Assembly (NCBI RefSeq): GCF_031769215.1
Contig: NW_026781987.1
Span: 62,001 to 126,000, forward strand
DNA length: 64,000 nucleotides
Direction of reading: 5' to 3'
DNA from: Ylistrum balloti
Taxonomy: Eukaryota
Shown: positions 52,401-64,000 of the stretch, piece by piece
Layout: the number at the start of each line of letters is the position of its first letter
Position numbering within the stretch: position 1 is the stretch's first letter
The notes under the pieces: model-generated
What the model was told of the DNA's origin: nothing
The model's input: only the letters and a program-made list of their open reading frames with translations
Database searches by the model: none
Position numbers and translations under genes: made by a program

Positions 52401-52804
52401 GTGTAATGACATATTCCATAGGAAAATATCTTGTAAAATTAGGCAAGATTGTGTACGTAATTATGTGATTATTCTGTTCATGTTGAGATAAATTACACGA
52501 AAACGAGCCAATTCCTTTAAAAACAACTTAAGTAATCCTGTGGTACATTTCAAGATATATATTAACAATCAAATTGTTTGTAACAATATGGTGGTATTAA
52601 TTTATTGTCATCGCATATTTTGAGTCCGATGCAGATGAACACAAACCATTCGGTACCAGTAAAACTACACAGTTAACCCTGAACGAAATAGAAATTAATG
52701 AATTGTTATTCTATATGACTAAAAATCAAAAAGGTTGACACCTCCGTCAAATCAGGCAGCCGAAAACCCAGGTATTGATGTGTAAAGTATACGGTTTCTT
52801 CATT

Positions 52805-52813
52805 CTACTACTA

Positions 52814-52864
<51 letters not shown>
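52805..52864. repeat. Compound microsatellite (CTA)4(CT)~24
   Basis: Directly visible. Confidence 0.95.
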
Positions 52865-52866
<2 letters not shown>

Positions 52867-53000
52867 GATAAAATATTGATCGTCCACTATATACAATATA
52901 CCAGGAGATCAAACAATGGTTACATACTCGTTTCGTTCCACCTACATTCGCTCCCAGACGTTTCATATTGGAGGTAATTTTATTTCTTACCGATTCTAAA

Positions 53001-55600
53001 CTCACTCACTCACTTGCTTACTTAGTCTTCCTTGTAGATTCTGAATGCTGGCCATTAGACCTCTATACTCAGGTCCAACTCATGTCTTTTATCAGATGTA
53101 TGTAGTCACTTCTGGATGATGTGATGCCTGCGTTGTCAAAAAGTACACTGAACATCATGTCTTCTGATTTCCAGAACTTGTTCAGTCGGGTCTTAATGGA
53201 ATGTAACGTTGGAGATTGGACGATATCCAAAGTTCCGGTCGTTAACAAGTGTCTGTGTTAACGAGTATTTCCTGATGTCGAGGGTGGATCTTGACGTCTC
53301 CAATGAAAGTGTATTCCCTCTCGCTAGATCTTTTGGTCCATCCTTGTCGTACAGGCCACTTAGCACATTGAAAACCTCGATCATGTCTCCTCTATCTCTG
53401 CGGTATTTTAATGGTGGCTATTTCAGATGTCTCATACGCTCCTCATATGTCATATTCCATATAGTAATTTGTCGCTCTTCTCTGTACATTCTCAATTAAC
53501 TTCACATCTTGTACCAGATTCAAAATGTATATCTTCTAATAGTTCAAAATATTCTTTACGCATATGTAGCTTGGCCTAGTTTGTATCCCTCCCAACTCCC
53601 ATTACATGACATTTATCAGAGTGGAACCTGAGTAGCCATTCATCTGACCATTGTTGTAAGTTATCCGGATCCACCTGCAGATTCTTCCCAACCCGAATGT
53701 TAGTATACAATCTGGTATCATCAGCAGAGCGCCATGTAACAGATTCTACTGCATCCGGTGAGTCGTTAATACAGAAAGAGAGTAGGACCAAGGACACTAC
53801 CCTGTGGTATACCGATAGTGACTTGCCGCCATCCCGATGTTTGACCGTTTACTGACACTTGCTGTTGCCTGTCTGTCAGGGACCCATTTATCTATTCCCT
53901 ACCTTCAATGATATTCCATATGTATCCAATGTTCCTATAAGCCTCCGATAGGGAACAGTGTTAAACGCTTTGTGGAAGTCAATGTACATAACGTCCACAC
54001 TACCACCTCTATCCAGTATTTCTGTCCACTGATCAATGACCTTGTAACAGTTGATCTTCCTTTGACAAAACCAAACTGTCTTTGCCTTAACGAGTTGTTG
54101 TTTGATAAATGCCCCATCACTCGAGTTACATATTACACTGGTCAAACTAACCGGTCTGTAGTGTCCAGCTTGCCTCTTGTCTCCGTTTTGTAAATAGCTG
54201 TGATCCTGGCTTCTTTCCAAACTTTTGTTATCCCCCCTCCTTCTAAAGACTGATTAAAGATGAAGTTTAGGGGCCTAATAATGAGATCTTTTACTTCCTT
54301 AAGTAGTATTGGGTGTGAATTATCCGGTCCTTGTGGTTTATTTGGATTAGGGTCCTTAATAATATTCTCCATTTCTCCTTCCGTTACTTCCTGGTCTTTA
54401 AAACTACCTTTAATTCCCATGTTTGGGAGTTTTGGAATTTCCCCCTCTCCTGGCTCCTTGGTGAATATATTTGTGATGAAATCTACCAGTGTTTGTTGTT
54501 TTACTTGATCACTCTTTGCAATGTACTTTCCCTAATTATTTCCCATAACATGCAGTTCCGCAATTCCAGAGTTAGTCTTAGTTTTCGAATTTGCATATTT
54601 CCATAATTTCTTTGGATTTGATTTTACATTTTGTGCAATACTTTTTCCATGTTCTTCTTTGCATTTCTTACAAGTTTTTTTTTTTACTTTGCTCCTGGCT
54701 TTGGTATGTTCTCTGTGCTTTTCTCCGTCTCTAGTTTCCATAAACCTTTGCTAACATCTGTGCTTCTTTCTTCTTATCTTTAAAGACTTGTTATCCCGTG
54801 GATGACGGTAGATTCTTTTCTTTGTTACAGATACGGGTATGTGGGTTCAACTGATTCTGTAAGTTTAATAATTCTCGGACTTAAATACGAGTCCCAGTCT
54901 ATATTGAGTTCCTCACGAGTTTTATTACAGTCTCCCATACCGTAGTTCAGTTTCCGACCAATATTACGGTTACATTTTTCAGTCGTACACACGAACTTGA
55001 CGCAGATACATGCATGGTCACCCTTCTCAAGCGCACTTTGTACCTCCGGGTCCCACCACGTTTTCCTTATTAGTAGAAATTAAATCCAGTAAGCCCGGCT
55101 CTTGATTTTCCTTTACTCTGCTTAGGGTACGTACATGGTGTAGCCTAAGGTGTCTCTAATAGTTTCCAAGAAGTGGTATTCAGACTTATGTTTATAAACT
55201 GTTGCACAAATATCCCAGTTTATATTTCGGTAGCTGAAATCGCGCCCCTGATGAGCTAAGGTGAGCAAGCTGATTCCCCTGTCTCACACAACAAAGTATT
55301 AAATTTCTCATTATTTCCCTCACAACTATTTGGGCTCTAGTATGTACATCAAATCAGACGTTTATCACCGGGTTTACTGAACTGGATACTCATCCATACT
55401 TGTTCCTTGCATTTTGTTTTCATGATTACCTCTGTGGCTTTCGATTCTGACTGTATGTACAACGTCGTTCCTCTCATTTCCTCATCAGTTGTTTGGTTGT
55501 ATATGAATAAATCACAACCATTTATAACGAGTTCCGCAATAGATATTGTGTATCTGTTGTTCTTAGCTAACACTTCATTGCCATTATTATATCTAATTAA
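53001..55600 (-). mobile_element. Degenerate CR1-clade non-LTR retrotransposon (ORF2: AP endonuclease + reverse transcriptase), frameshifted
   Basis: Fragments in several frames in the correct order: EN (GTTLYIQ; G.DFSYRNINWD), KSNPKKLWKYANSK, PNKPQGPDN, WKEARITAIYK, YRPVSLTSVIC, YIDFHKAFNTVP, GIPQGSVLGPTLF, SADDTRLY, WSDEWLLRFHSDKCHVM, RGNTLSL...LDIRKYSLTQ. A TAAG/TGAG tetranucleotide tail lies at 53001-53025. Confidence 0.9.
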
Positions 55601-55879
55601 GTAACACAGTCAGGTCACTGCTACAGATGACAATGCGTACGATTAAAACGCAAATCTGTTATTTAAAATGTGTCAATGATTGACATTATTCTGGAATGTA
55701 GGTTCGAAACTCCAAAATGGGGACGAATCGTCGTTTGGTGGGGCGAAACAGCTGGGGGTTTCTTCTTTCTTCAATGACTTCCATGTGGGTAGAGAGTTAG
55801 ATTGTTAAATTGAATACCACTTGACTTAAAGAGACTCATGAAATAAATAAACATATATAGACATTTGTCATAAAGCCTT

Positions 55880-55990
55880 CCAATCTCCAGGAAAATCGTT
55901 TAACGCGAATGATATATCTGTAAGTTGATTTTGGTTCGGTTGTAATAAGGAGATTACTTATGTTAAGTACCACTACGTGTGAAGATGGCG
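55880..55990 (+). promoter_or_regulatory. Putative promoter/5' end of the ADP-ribosylglycohydrolase gene; YY1-type AAGATGGCG overlaps the start codon
   Basis: GAAGATGGCGACG at 55981-55993 in a CpG-richer segment. Confidence 0.5.
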
Positions 55991-58900
55991 ACGTTCTCAA
56001 ACCCGCTCAGCGGGAAATTGAAACCAACATCCACACCGACAAAGAGATATCACCCTTACACTCGGGTAAATTGCTTGCTAAATCGTACAAGAGATAAGTG
56101 ATATTGTCATTTATCACGAATGATGCTCAATGTTGAATGTTAGATACGTTATCATCGATTACTTCCCTAAGTGTCTCGGTGGAATTCAAAGAATGTTTTG
56201 TATATCTGCCAACAAACGGCATCTGTCAAAATTACCAATTTTGTCAAACTTTCTTCTACATCAGTTGATGTATTGATATATGAGTCATATGTATTTTTTG
56301 TATTGTAATCGATGTCGATATCGTATTCAATTCCCTTCTTAATGCATTCAAGTTAAAAAAAATAAAATTGCACAACACACCCAGATTTAAGCCAAATTGC
56401 TAGTGCAGCCAGAGGGCTTCATATATACTTCTAAACTGCTCTACTATACAGATTATTTAGATATAAAAATAAAAATAGCATAATCCCCTCCCCCACAAAA
56501 AAACCCCAACATTAATTAAGATGACTAACATTAACTGTTCCATTATTCGTCATGTAAGGTACATATTTGGGGGTCTTTGTCTGATATAAATGTAAAAATA
56601 TAGGGCATGTACAATACCATACAATGATTGATGTCTAATTTTACATTTGAGAGTCTCTTAGAGGACTGATCAGAACATAGTTTCTATTCTATAACAAATA
56701 TAGATCTTGTTTTCTTACCTGCTAGATGATCAGGAAGGAAGTTCATCGTGTTTATGACAGAATATATGCCACCGTCTATGGTCATTGTATTGGAGATGCC
56801 CTCGGTTTGCTGACAGAGACTTTGACAAGAGATGAGACAAAGAAGGTACATGTGTAAGACATGTCATCAATATATGTTACTGTTTGCTTATTGATGGTCA
56901 TGTGAAGGCATTGACTTTTGCCTGTAAGGTTCTGCAGGTGGCTGTAGGTTATGCTAATAATGAAAAAATGTTTGACTTGTTTTTTGTACTAATCTTATAA
57001 AATTTGGAACCCTGATAAAACAGCAAAAGTATGTATGTATTATACTTACTGCCTCGATTCACTGTTCACTATTGTAATTTTAACTTGAGTTATATACCAA
57101 TCACTTTTGCTGATCTGTAAATGTGATTCTAACATTTTTTTTGTTGAAACTTTATGAATGCAGTGAAATTGTAATTTGGGCATGAAGTGACTTCTCAGTT
57201 TTAATCCACTGTTAAGTGATATTTTTCTGTATAAGTATTCTCTCATTTAAAGAAATACAAGGAAGTGTACCATAAGTTTGAACTGGTTCACAAGAAAATA
57301 TTGCCAGACAGTCACAGGAGAAAGTGGAAGATTGGAGACTGGACGGATGAGTCGGACATTATGATCCTAATTTTACAATCAATTCTCAAGAACAAAGGAG
57401 AGGTAACCTAAATCAGATAGACCTTTACTATAGCAACTGAACCGTTTTTAATTGAATACTCTAATCATATTGTATGAGAAGACTTGCAGAGTTTGAGGTA
57501 GCCATTCTTACCCATATAAGTATTATAACAGGAGAAAGTAGCTATACATTACTACAGTACTTGTCTGAAACACCCATGAAAACCAAAGCTAAGTGTCCAA
57601 ACTTTTAAAGTGAGCAGAGATATTTGTAATGATTTACATTCCATAATATTCATATAATGACCCGACAAATGATTAGCAAGTAGTGCTGGACTATAGTATA
57701 TGTAATACCTTGATATTGTGTCTATGTTGATTTTATAATGCATCTAGGATTTCTTTTTAAGAATATATCATTTATCTTGAAATATTTTGGAGTGGAGGAT
57801 GTAAAGGAGCTCTGCAGTATGCCTACTAAAGTAGTTCTTATTCTGTTTAAAAATCATTTATATATACCCCGGTATGTATTTTTAAGGTAATACCAATTGA
57901 CTTTGCGAAGCGGTTGATTGAGTGGTCAGAACATGGATTTCCAGAGCTTGGAGATGTGTGTGGTCTCGGACCATGTCCTCAGGTTAAAGCTGTAATCAAT
58001 CACCCACAGTTCTCAGAAACTCCTGAAAAAGTGAGTTCATAACATATATCCATAATTCAGATTTTGGGATATTGTCTCGGATTCTGTATGCCTAACACTT
58101 CATGTTGTGTCAGATGATGAACTGTCCAATGTAGATTAGCATTATAGTTCCCAGGGATCTCCTTACTTCAGGTTCTGTTTAATTTTGAAAGAGTTACATC
58201 CACTTATTTTGGCTAATGATAAAAAGTACAGTAAATTTGTGCATATAGTGCACACTATTTTAGGCAAAAACTGTCGTGTCAAAAAGGGGGTGAATACTCT
58301 ATGCAGGAACATGCCATTCTTGGGGTCCTTATTCTCAAGTTTTCTGTCTGCTCTATTGGATTACCTCCCTTCACATAGAGAGTCGTCAGTCATGTATTAT
58401 AGTTTGAAGATAAAAACAACAAAGAATAAAATAAATTTTGAATGTTTTAATGGAAGTACTAAAGCAAAACAAGCATGATGATCCCTGGATCAAAGTCAAG
58501 GTAAATGTTTTTCAGAATTACAATGTAGACAAAGATGAATATTGCCATATATCAGGGGCATGCATTATAAGACACCCAATGAAGGCAACTAGATCTCATG
58601 ATTCCAATGTCCTACCATTATTAGTAGCCACATAAGGGGAGACTTCCAGTGAAATGAAAACCTGAGACATAGCTTTAGAATAAGACTTTAGCCTCTAGAC
58701 TATTTTACAACAATTTGATCAGTATCAGTCATATAGATATCAGATATGATTTGATAAAACATTGCAATAGCATCTGTAGTTTCAAAAAATAATTTCACAA
58801 TATTTCTCTTGGAATATCTTAAAACTGCGCTAGAATTGGGTCCCTGTTAAAGTAATACTATTCTGATTTGCTGTTGTTTTCATCTATTTGAAGGCAGCAG

Positions 58901-61900
58901 AAATTGTGTGGCGAGATTCTCGTAAATTGCTGGCTACTAACAGTGCTATATCTCGGACAGCAGTGATAGGTGTTCACTGTTACCACACCATAGGGAAGGT
59001 CATCAAACACACACTGGACATCTGTAAAGTCACACACCCAGATGTAAGGTAAAGTCACACACTGTGGACATCTGTAAAGTCACACACCCAGATGTAAGGT
59101 AAAGTCACTAGGACTATGGTCACACACTTTGACATAAGGAAACTTACCCTTCCTTGTATAAGGTAAAGTCACACACTCACACATAAGATAAGGTCACACA
59201 CCCACACATACAGTATAAGATAAGGTCACACACCCACACATACAGTATAAGACAAGGTCACACACCCACACATACACAATAAGATAAGGTCACACACCCA
59301 CAAATATGACAAGTTACCCACCAACACATAAGTTAAAGTCACACACTTGCACATAAAGGAAGGTTACACTCAAAGGCATATGGTAAGTTCACACACCCAA
59401 ACAATATCAATTTACTCTCCCAGACATAACATCAGTTCACACTCTCACACATATTAAAACGTCAGTCCACACTCCCAGACCTGATGTCAGTCCACACTCC
59501 CAGACCTGATGTCAGTCCACACTCCCAGACCTGTTGTCAGTCCACACTCCCAGACCTGTTGTCAGTCCACACTCCCAGACCTGATGTCAGTTCACACTCC
59601 CAGACCTGATGTCAGTCCACACTCCCAGACCCAGTCCACACTTTTGTCAGTCCACACTCCACACTCCCAGACCTGATGTCAGTCCACACTCCCAGACCTG
59701 ATGTCAGTTCACACTCCCAGACCTGATGTCAGTCCACACTCCCAGACCTGATGTCAGTCCACACTCCCAGACCTGATGTCAGTCCACACTCCCAGACCTG
59801 ATGTCAGTCCACACTCCCAGACCTGATGTCAGTCCACACTCCCAGACCTGATGTCAGTCCACACTCCCAGACCTGATGTCAGTCCACACTCCCAGACCTG
59901 ATGTCAGTCCACACTCCCAGACCTGATGTCAGTCCACACTCCCAGACCTGTTGTCAGTCCACACTCCCAGACCTGATGTCAGTCCACACTCCCAGACACT
60001 CCCAGACCTGTTGTCAGTCCACACTCCCAGACCTGATGTCAGTCCACTCTCCCAGACCTGTTGTGAGTCCACACTCCCAGACCTGTTGTCAGTCCACACT
60101 CCCAGACCTGATGTCAGTCCACACTCCCAGACCTGTTGTCAGTCCACACTCCCAGACCTGATGTCAGTCCACACTCCCAGACCTGATGTCAGTCCACACT
60201 CCCAGACCTGTTGTCAGTCCACACTCCCAGACCTGTTGTCAGTCCACACTCCCAGACCTGATGTCAGTCCACACTCCCAGACCTGATGTCAGTCCACACT
60301 CCCAGACCTGTTGTCAGTCCACACTCCCAGACCTGATGTCAGTCCACACTCCCAGACCTGTTGTCAGTCCACACTCCCAGACCTGTTGTCAGTCCACACT
60401 CCCAGACCTGTTGTCAGTCCACACTCCCAGACCTGATGTCAGTCCACACTCCCAGACCTGTTGTCAGTCCACACTCCCAGACCTGATGTCAGTCCACACT
60501 CCCAGACCTGATGTCAGTTCCACACTGATGTTCCACAGACCTGATGTCAGTTCACACTCCACACTCCACACTCTCAGACCCAGACCTGATGTCAGTCCAC
60601 ACTCCCAGACATATTATCAGTTCACACCTTCAGACATAACATTGCTAATTTTAAAAATCTAACACAGCATGTCGAGAGGGTGTGTTATGCATGTATACTA
60701 ATGGAAAGTTATTCTTTGATAAATGTTTCTTATTCCTAAACCTTACTCTTCATACTACTTGACTTATGCTGTGTTAATTGAATTCTTATGTTTTTATAAT
60801 AAACCCAAAAAGAAAGTAAAGATTTCATTGACTTTCCTCTAGAAGGGAAATTTGTGAAAATATGTGGAAACCCATCTCTAGTATGTATTGTATTCATAGC
60901 ATTTCTATAGTACAGATGTTGTACCTATCTGTAACTCAATCGCATTATTCAACATGTTTTACTTCTGACATTAGCAACGCCTTGTTATCTGTCATGTTCA
61001 GGTGTCAAGCATCCTGTGTGGCAGTCACTGTTGCTATAGCCCTAATGCTGCAGAAAAATGAACGACATATAAAGAAAAATGGCAACTACAATGTGGATGG
61101 TATCATTGATGAAACCTACAAGTACGCTGCCAGGATACTAAGCACAGCAGAGGAGGTAAAGTGTCAGAAAAATCTGGTTAAACTGGACTCTGTGGCTCCC
61201 AGAGAAAATTTCATTATGAACAAATGATCTTGATAACAAAATGCTGTCTATAGGGAAAGAATAATTTTTATTGTTTTGCCTTCACCTGAACCAGTTCATT
61301 AATTCCTTGTATTAAAGGCAATTGTAGATTAATATGAAACAATCAAACTGTAGCTTGCCTTTTATTTTTGCCATGTAAAAAGAGAAGTTTCCCTGTATTT
61401 TTTTGAGAAAAGTACACCTTTTGAATGAAGTATGAAACATGAGTTCATTTGAATAAGTGGGCCTTGAAAAAACTTCAAAGCACACCTCAGCTCTTTATAA
61501 ATGCTTTTTTAAAACTAAATCTATCTGCCAGTGTTCATTTATTCAGGCCAAAGATTTTGAAGAAAGGGACTTGATGAATTCTTTAGTTAGTTTTTTCAAA
61601 CTGTTGGTCAGTAAACTTTGAAAACATTATCCAGTACAATACTTAGTATCGACAATGCCAGGCTGCTATGTTAATCTACCATACAACACAATGTCTCCAT
61701 GAATAGTGTTCATGTTGCCAGGTAAAGGAGTTGAAACGCTATATGTCCTATTGCTCCCTGAAGGACCTGAAGCTTGATGAGCCTGGACGTGCTAACTACA
61801 CCTACAAGACCCTAGGGGTGGGGCTGTGGGCACTTCGTCAGAAGGATTTCAGACAAGCCATACAAGATATAGTGCTAGAGGTACTCTTAAACATGTTACT

Positions 61901-62736
61901 TTGAAATTGAACAAGTGATTGAAAATTATTTGCTATATAATAAATTAATGTGTACCCAAATTTCAATGTTATATCAGTTATAAGAAATGTCAGTGATAAA
62001 GGAACTGTTTATTGCAGGGAGGCGATGCTGATGCCAATGCTGCTGTGGCTGGAGCTCTACTGGGTTGTAAACTAGGGGTGGAGGCTATCCCCCCAACATG
62101 GATAGAATCTCTCAGTCATCGTATGTGGCTTGATGATATACTGGATGGGTAAGGTCTTAATGAATTGTACATTATCATGGACTAAGATTTAACATGAAAC
62201 AAGAATAACAATCACTATTGGAACTAAGCTCTTGACCTTGTCGGGAGAAGTGACTCTAAGTCAGAATGTTTGATACATAAGTCAGAATGATGTCAAACAA
62301 ACAAAAAACATCATTCTTCTTTATAATGATATATGTTGTAGTGGATTAAGGTTTCTTGTGTGACTGTAATCTGTAGAAACTGTTTTATCTTAAAACTCGA
62401 GAGTTTTCATTTATAAGAAACACAAGTGAGGTAGTCAACACATACGGTAGTCATGTGACATTTTCAATTCCTCTTCAATAGATAGCTTTTATTACTTCTT
62501 ATTTCAACATTCCAGCAAACCAGAAAAGATTTCAACACAGGATTTTTAAATGCTAACATATTTGTCTGAATCTTTTTTTTTTTTTTTTTTGTCATTTAAT
62601 TTTCCTCTGTATTAAAAACATGAGGTTTAAAGGAGGTTTTATATGAATGTTGATGGTATATAGCTGTAAATTGTTATTTTTCAGGTATTTTGATATTTTG
62701 GAAGGGAGGAAAACATCTAAAGAAACAACGTTGTGA
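55985..62736 (+). CDS. ADP-ribosylglycohydrolase (ARH/DraG/crystallin-J1 fold, PF03747-type) family protein, 381 aa; catalytic motifs atypical
   Basis: 9 phase-consistent GT-AG exons: 55985-56065, 56726-56845, 57253-57402, 57887-58030, 58894-59048, 61002-61155, 61722-61880, 62018-62148, 62685-62736 (TGA); 1146 nt. Family motifs: GHCIGDALGLLTE, GDWTDESD, WSEHGFPELGD, ATNSAISRT, THPDVRCQASC, YTYKTLG, GGDADANAAVAGALLG...IPPTW. Exon 1 is less certain than exons 2-9. Confidence 0.9.
59461..60610. repeat. 25-bp minisatellite (GTCAGTCCACACTCCCAGACCTG(A/T)T)n, ~45 copies, ARH intron 5
   Basis: Visible tandem array, preceded by degenerate AAGGTCACACACCCACAC repeats (59150-59460). Confidence 0.97.
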
Positions 62737-62831
62737 CCAGAAATTTATGGATTTATTTTAATGTGATAGCTAACATTGTACATCTTTGATTGGATTGTGA
62801 TTCTATGCAGAAAAATGGTCGCAAAAAATTG

Positions 62832-63632
62832 CACAAGGAATTCTACAGGTCTTGATTAGAAGAGACCAGTCAGAGATAAGACTGCAGTATATTATACAAG
62901 GAATTCTACAGGCATTGCTTGGTAGCGAGTGATCATAGATTAGACTGCAGTATATTATACAAGGAATTCTACAGGTCTTGATTAGAAGAGACCAGTCAGA
63001 GATAAGACTGCAGTATATTATACAAGGAATTCTACAGACGTTGATTGGAAGAGAGCGATCATAGATTAGACTGCAGTATATTATACAAGGAATTCTACAG
63101 ACCATGTAAAGAGTACAAGATGAAGTCAGAGATAAGACTGCAGTATATTATACAAGGAATTCTACAGACGTTGATTGGAAGAGACCAATCAGAGATTAGA
63201 CTGCATTATATCATACAAGGAATTCTACAGACGTTGATAGGAAGAGAGCGATCATAGATTAGACTGCAGTATATTATACAAGGAATTCTACAGACGTTGA
63301 TTGGAAGAGACCAATCAGAGATTAGACTGCATTATATCATACAAGGAATTCTACAGACGTTGATAGGAAGAGAGCGATCATAGATTAGACTGCAGTATAT
63401 TATACAAGGAATTCTACAGAATTGTTTGGAAGAGAGCGATCATAGATTAGACTGCAGTATATTATACAAGGAATTCTACAGGTCTTGATTAGAAGAGACC
63501 AGTCAGAGATAAGACTGCAGTATATCATACAAGGAATTCTACAGACGTTGATAGGAAGAGAGCGATCATAGATTAGATTGCAGTATATTATACAAGGAAT
63601 TCTACAGACCATGTAAAGAGTACAAGATGAAT
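62832..63632. repeat. 63-bp minisatellite with alternating subtypes, ~13 units, ~95 nt downstream of the ARH stop
   Basis: Conserved AGACTGCAGTATATTATACAAGGAATTCTACAG half plus a variable ~30-bp half; period 63 (62-67). Confidence 0.95.
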
Positions 63633-63741
63633 TGTGACACTGTGATACTTGGAGTTTGGACTGACCTTATTTTGTGGTAGAAGAGAGACTGGGTTGTTAT
63701 CAAGATTTTTTATAGATGTCCTTGTGAGGAAATTGAGACAT

Positions 63742-63985
63742 TTTTTCGAACTTTGAGTGAAGGGAGAAATACTTTTTTTAATGGAATTGTGAATCTGTAC
63801 AGCTGTGAGGAGTGAGGAGAGGGAGGCTTTTTGTTTACAAACTTTGAGTGAAGTGAGAAAGTAATGGAATTGTGAATCTGTACAGCTGTGAGGAGTGAGG
63901 AGAGGGAGGCTTTTTGTTTACAAACTTTGAGTGAAGTGAGAAAGTAATGGAATTGTGAATCTGTACAGCTGTGAGGAGTGAGGAC
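63742..63985. repeat. ~84-bp tandem repeat, ~3 copies
   Basis: ACTTTGAGTGAAG...AATGGAATTGTGAATCTGTACAGCTGTGAGGAGTGAGGA is repeated. Confidence 0.9.
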
Positions 63986-64000
63986 TTTGAGCCATTTTAT

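Noticed and set aside
59901-60662. 86-158-aa HTPRPD-repeat ORFs
   Set aside because: Translations of the 25-bp intronic array.
62832-63632. CRISPR array (33-bp repeat with ~30-bp spacers)
   Set aside because: The spacers are homologous to each other and recur, the context is a eukaryotic spliced gene, and there are no cas genes or leader.

Overview
AT-rich, intron-rich animal genomic DNA, most likely a bivalve mollusc (inferred from intron style and repeat families; not provable here). I assembled four protein-coding genes exon by exon from GT-AG boundaries and codon phase. (1) The first two coding exons of STIMATE/TMEM110 on - (4333->3445; the rest runs off the window start). (2) A complete 15-exon SFMBT1/2-like Polycomb gene on + (9352-21049; 4xMBT-SLED-basic-SAM, 1182 aa) with a ~310-aa low-complexity N-terminal extension. 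(3) An 18-exon DNAJC2/ZRF1/MPP11 gene on - (51600->32763) whose exon 13 has no usable donor. (4) A complete 9-exon ADP-ribosylglycohydrolase-family gene on + (55985-62736, 381 aa) with substituted metal ligands. A decayed CR1-type LINE lies between the divergent DNAJC2 and ARH genes, and several non-autonomous Helentron-like, MITE and SINE relics are present. About 13 kb (~20%) is made of 13 mutually unrelated minisatellite arrays, which explain most long ORFs in the track. Best leads: tandem duplications that copy splice sites (decoy acceptors carrying a premature stop in DNAJC2, an in-frame alternative donor in SFMBT, a duplicated donor grading into a satellite in the ARH gene), a probable ARH pseudo-enzyme, a CtBP-type PxDLS motif in the SFMBT extension, and STIMATE-SFMBT adjacency shared with human 3p21. 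No CRISPR, rRNA or tRNA gene is supported. None of the leads is proven without RNA-seq or database searches.
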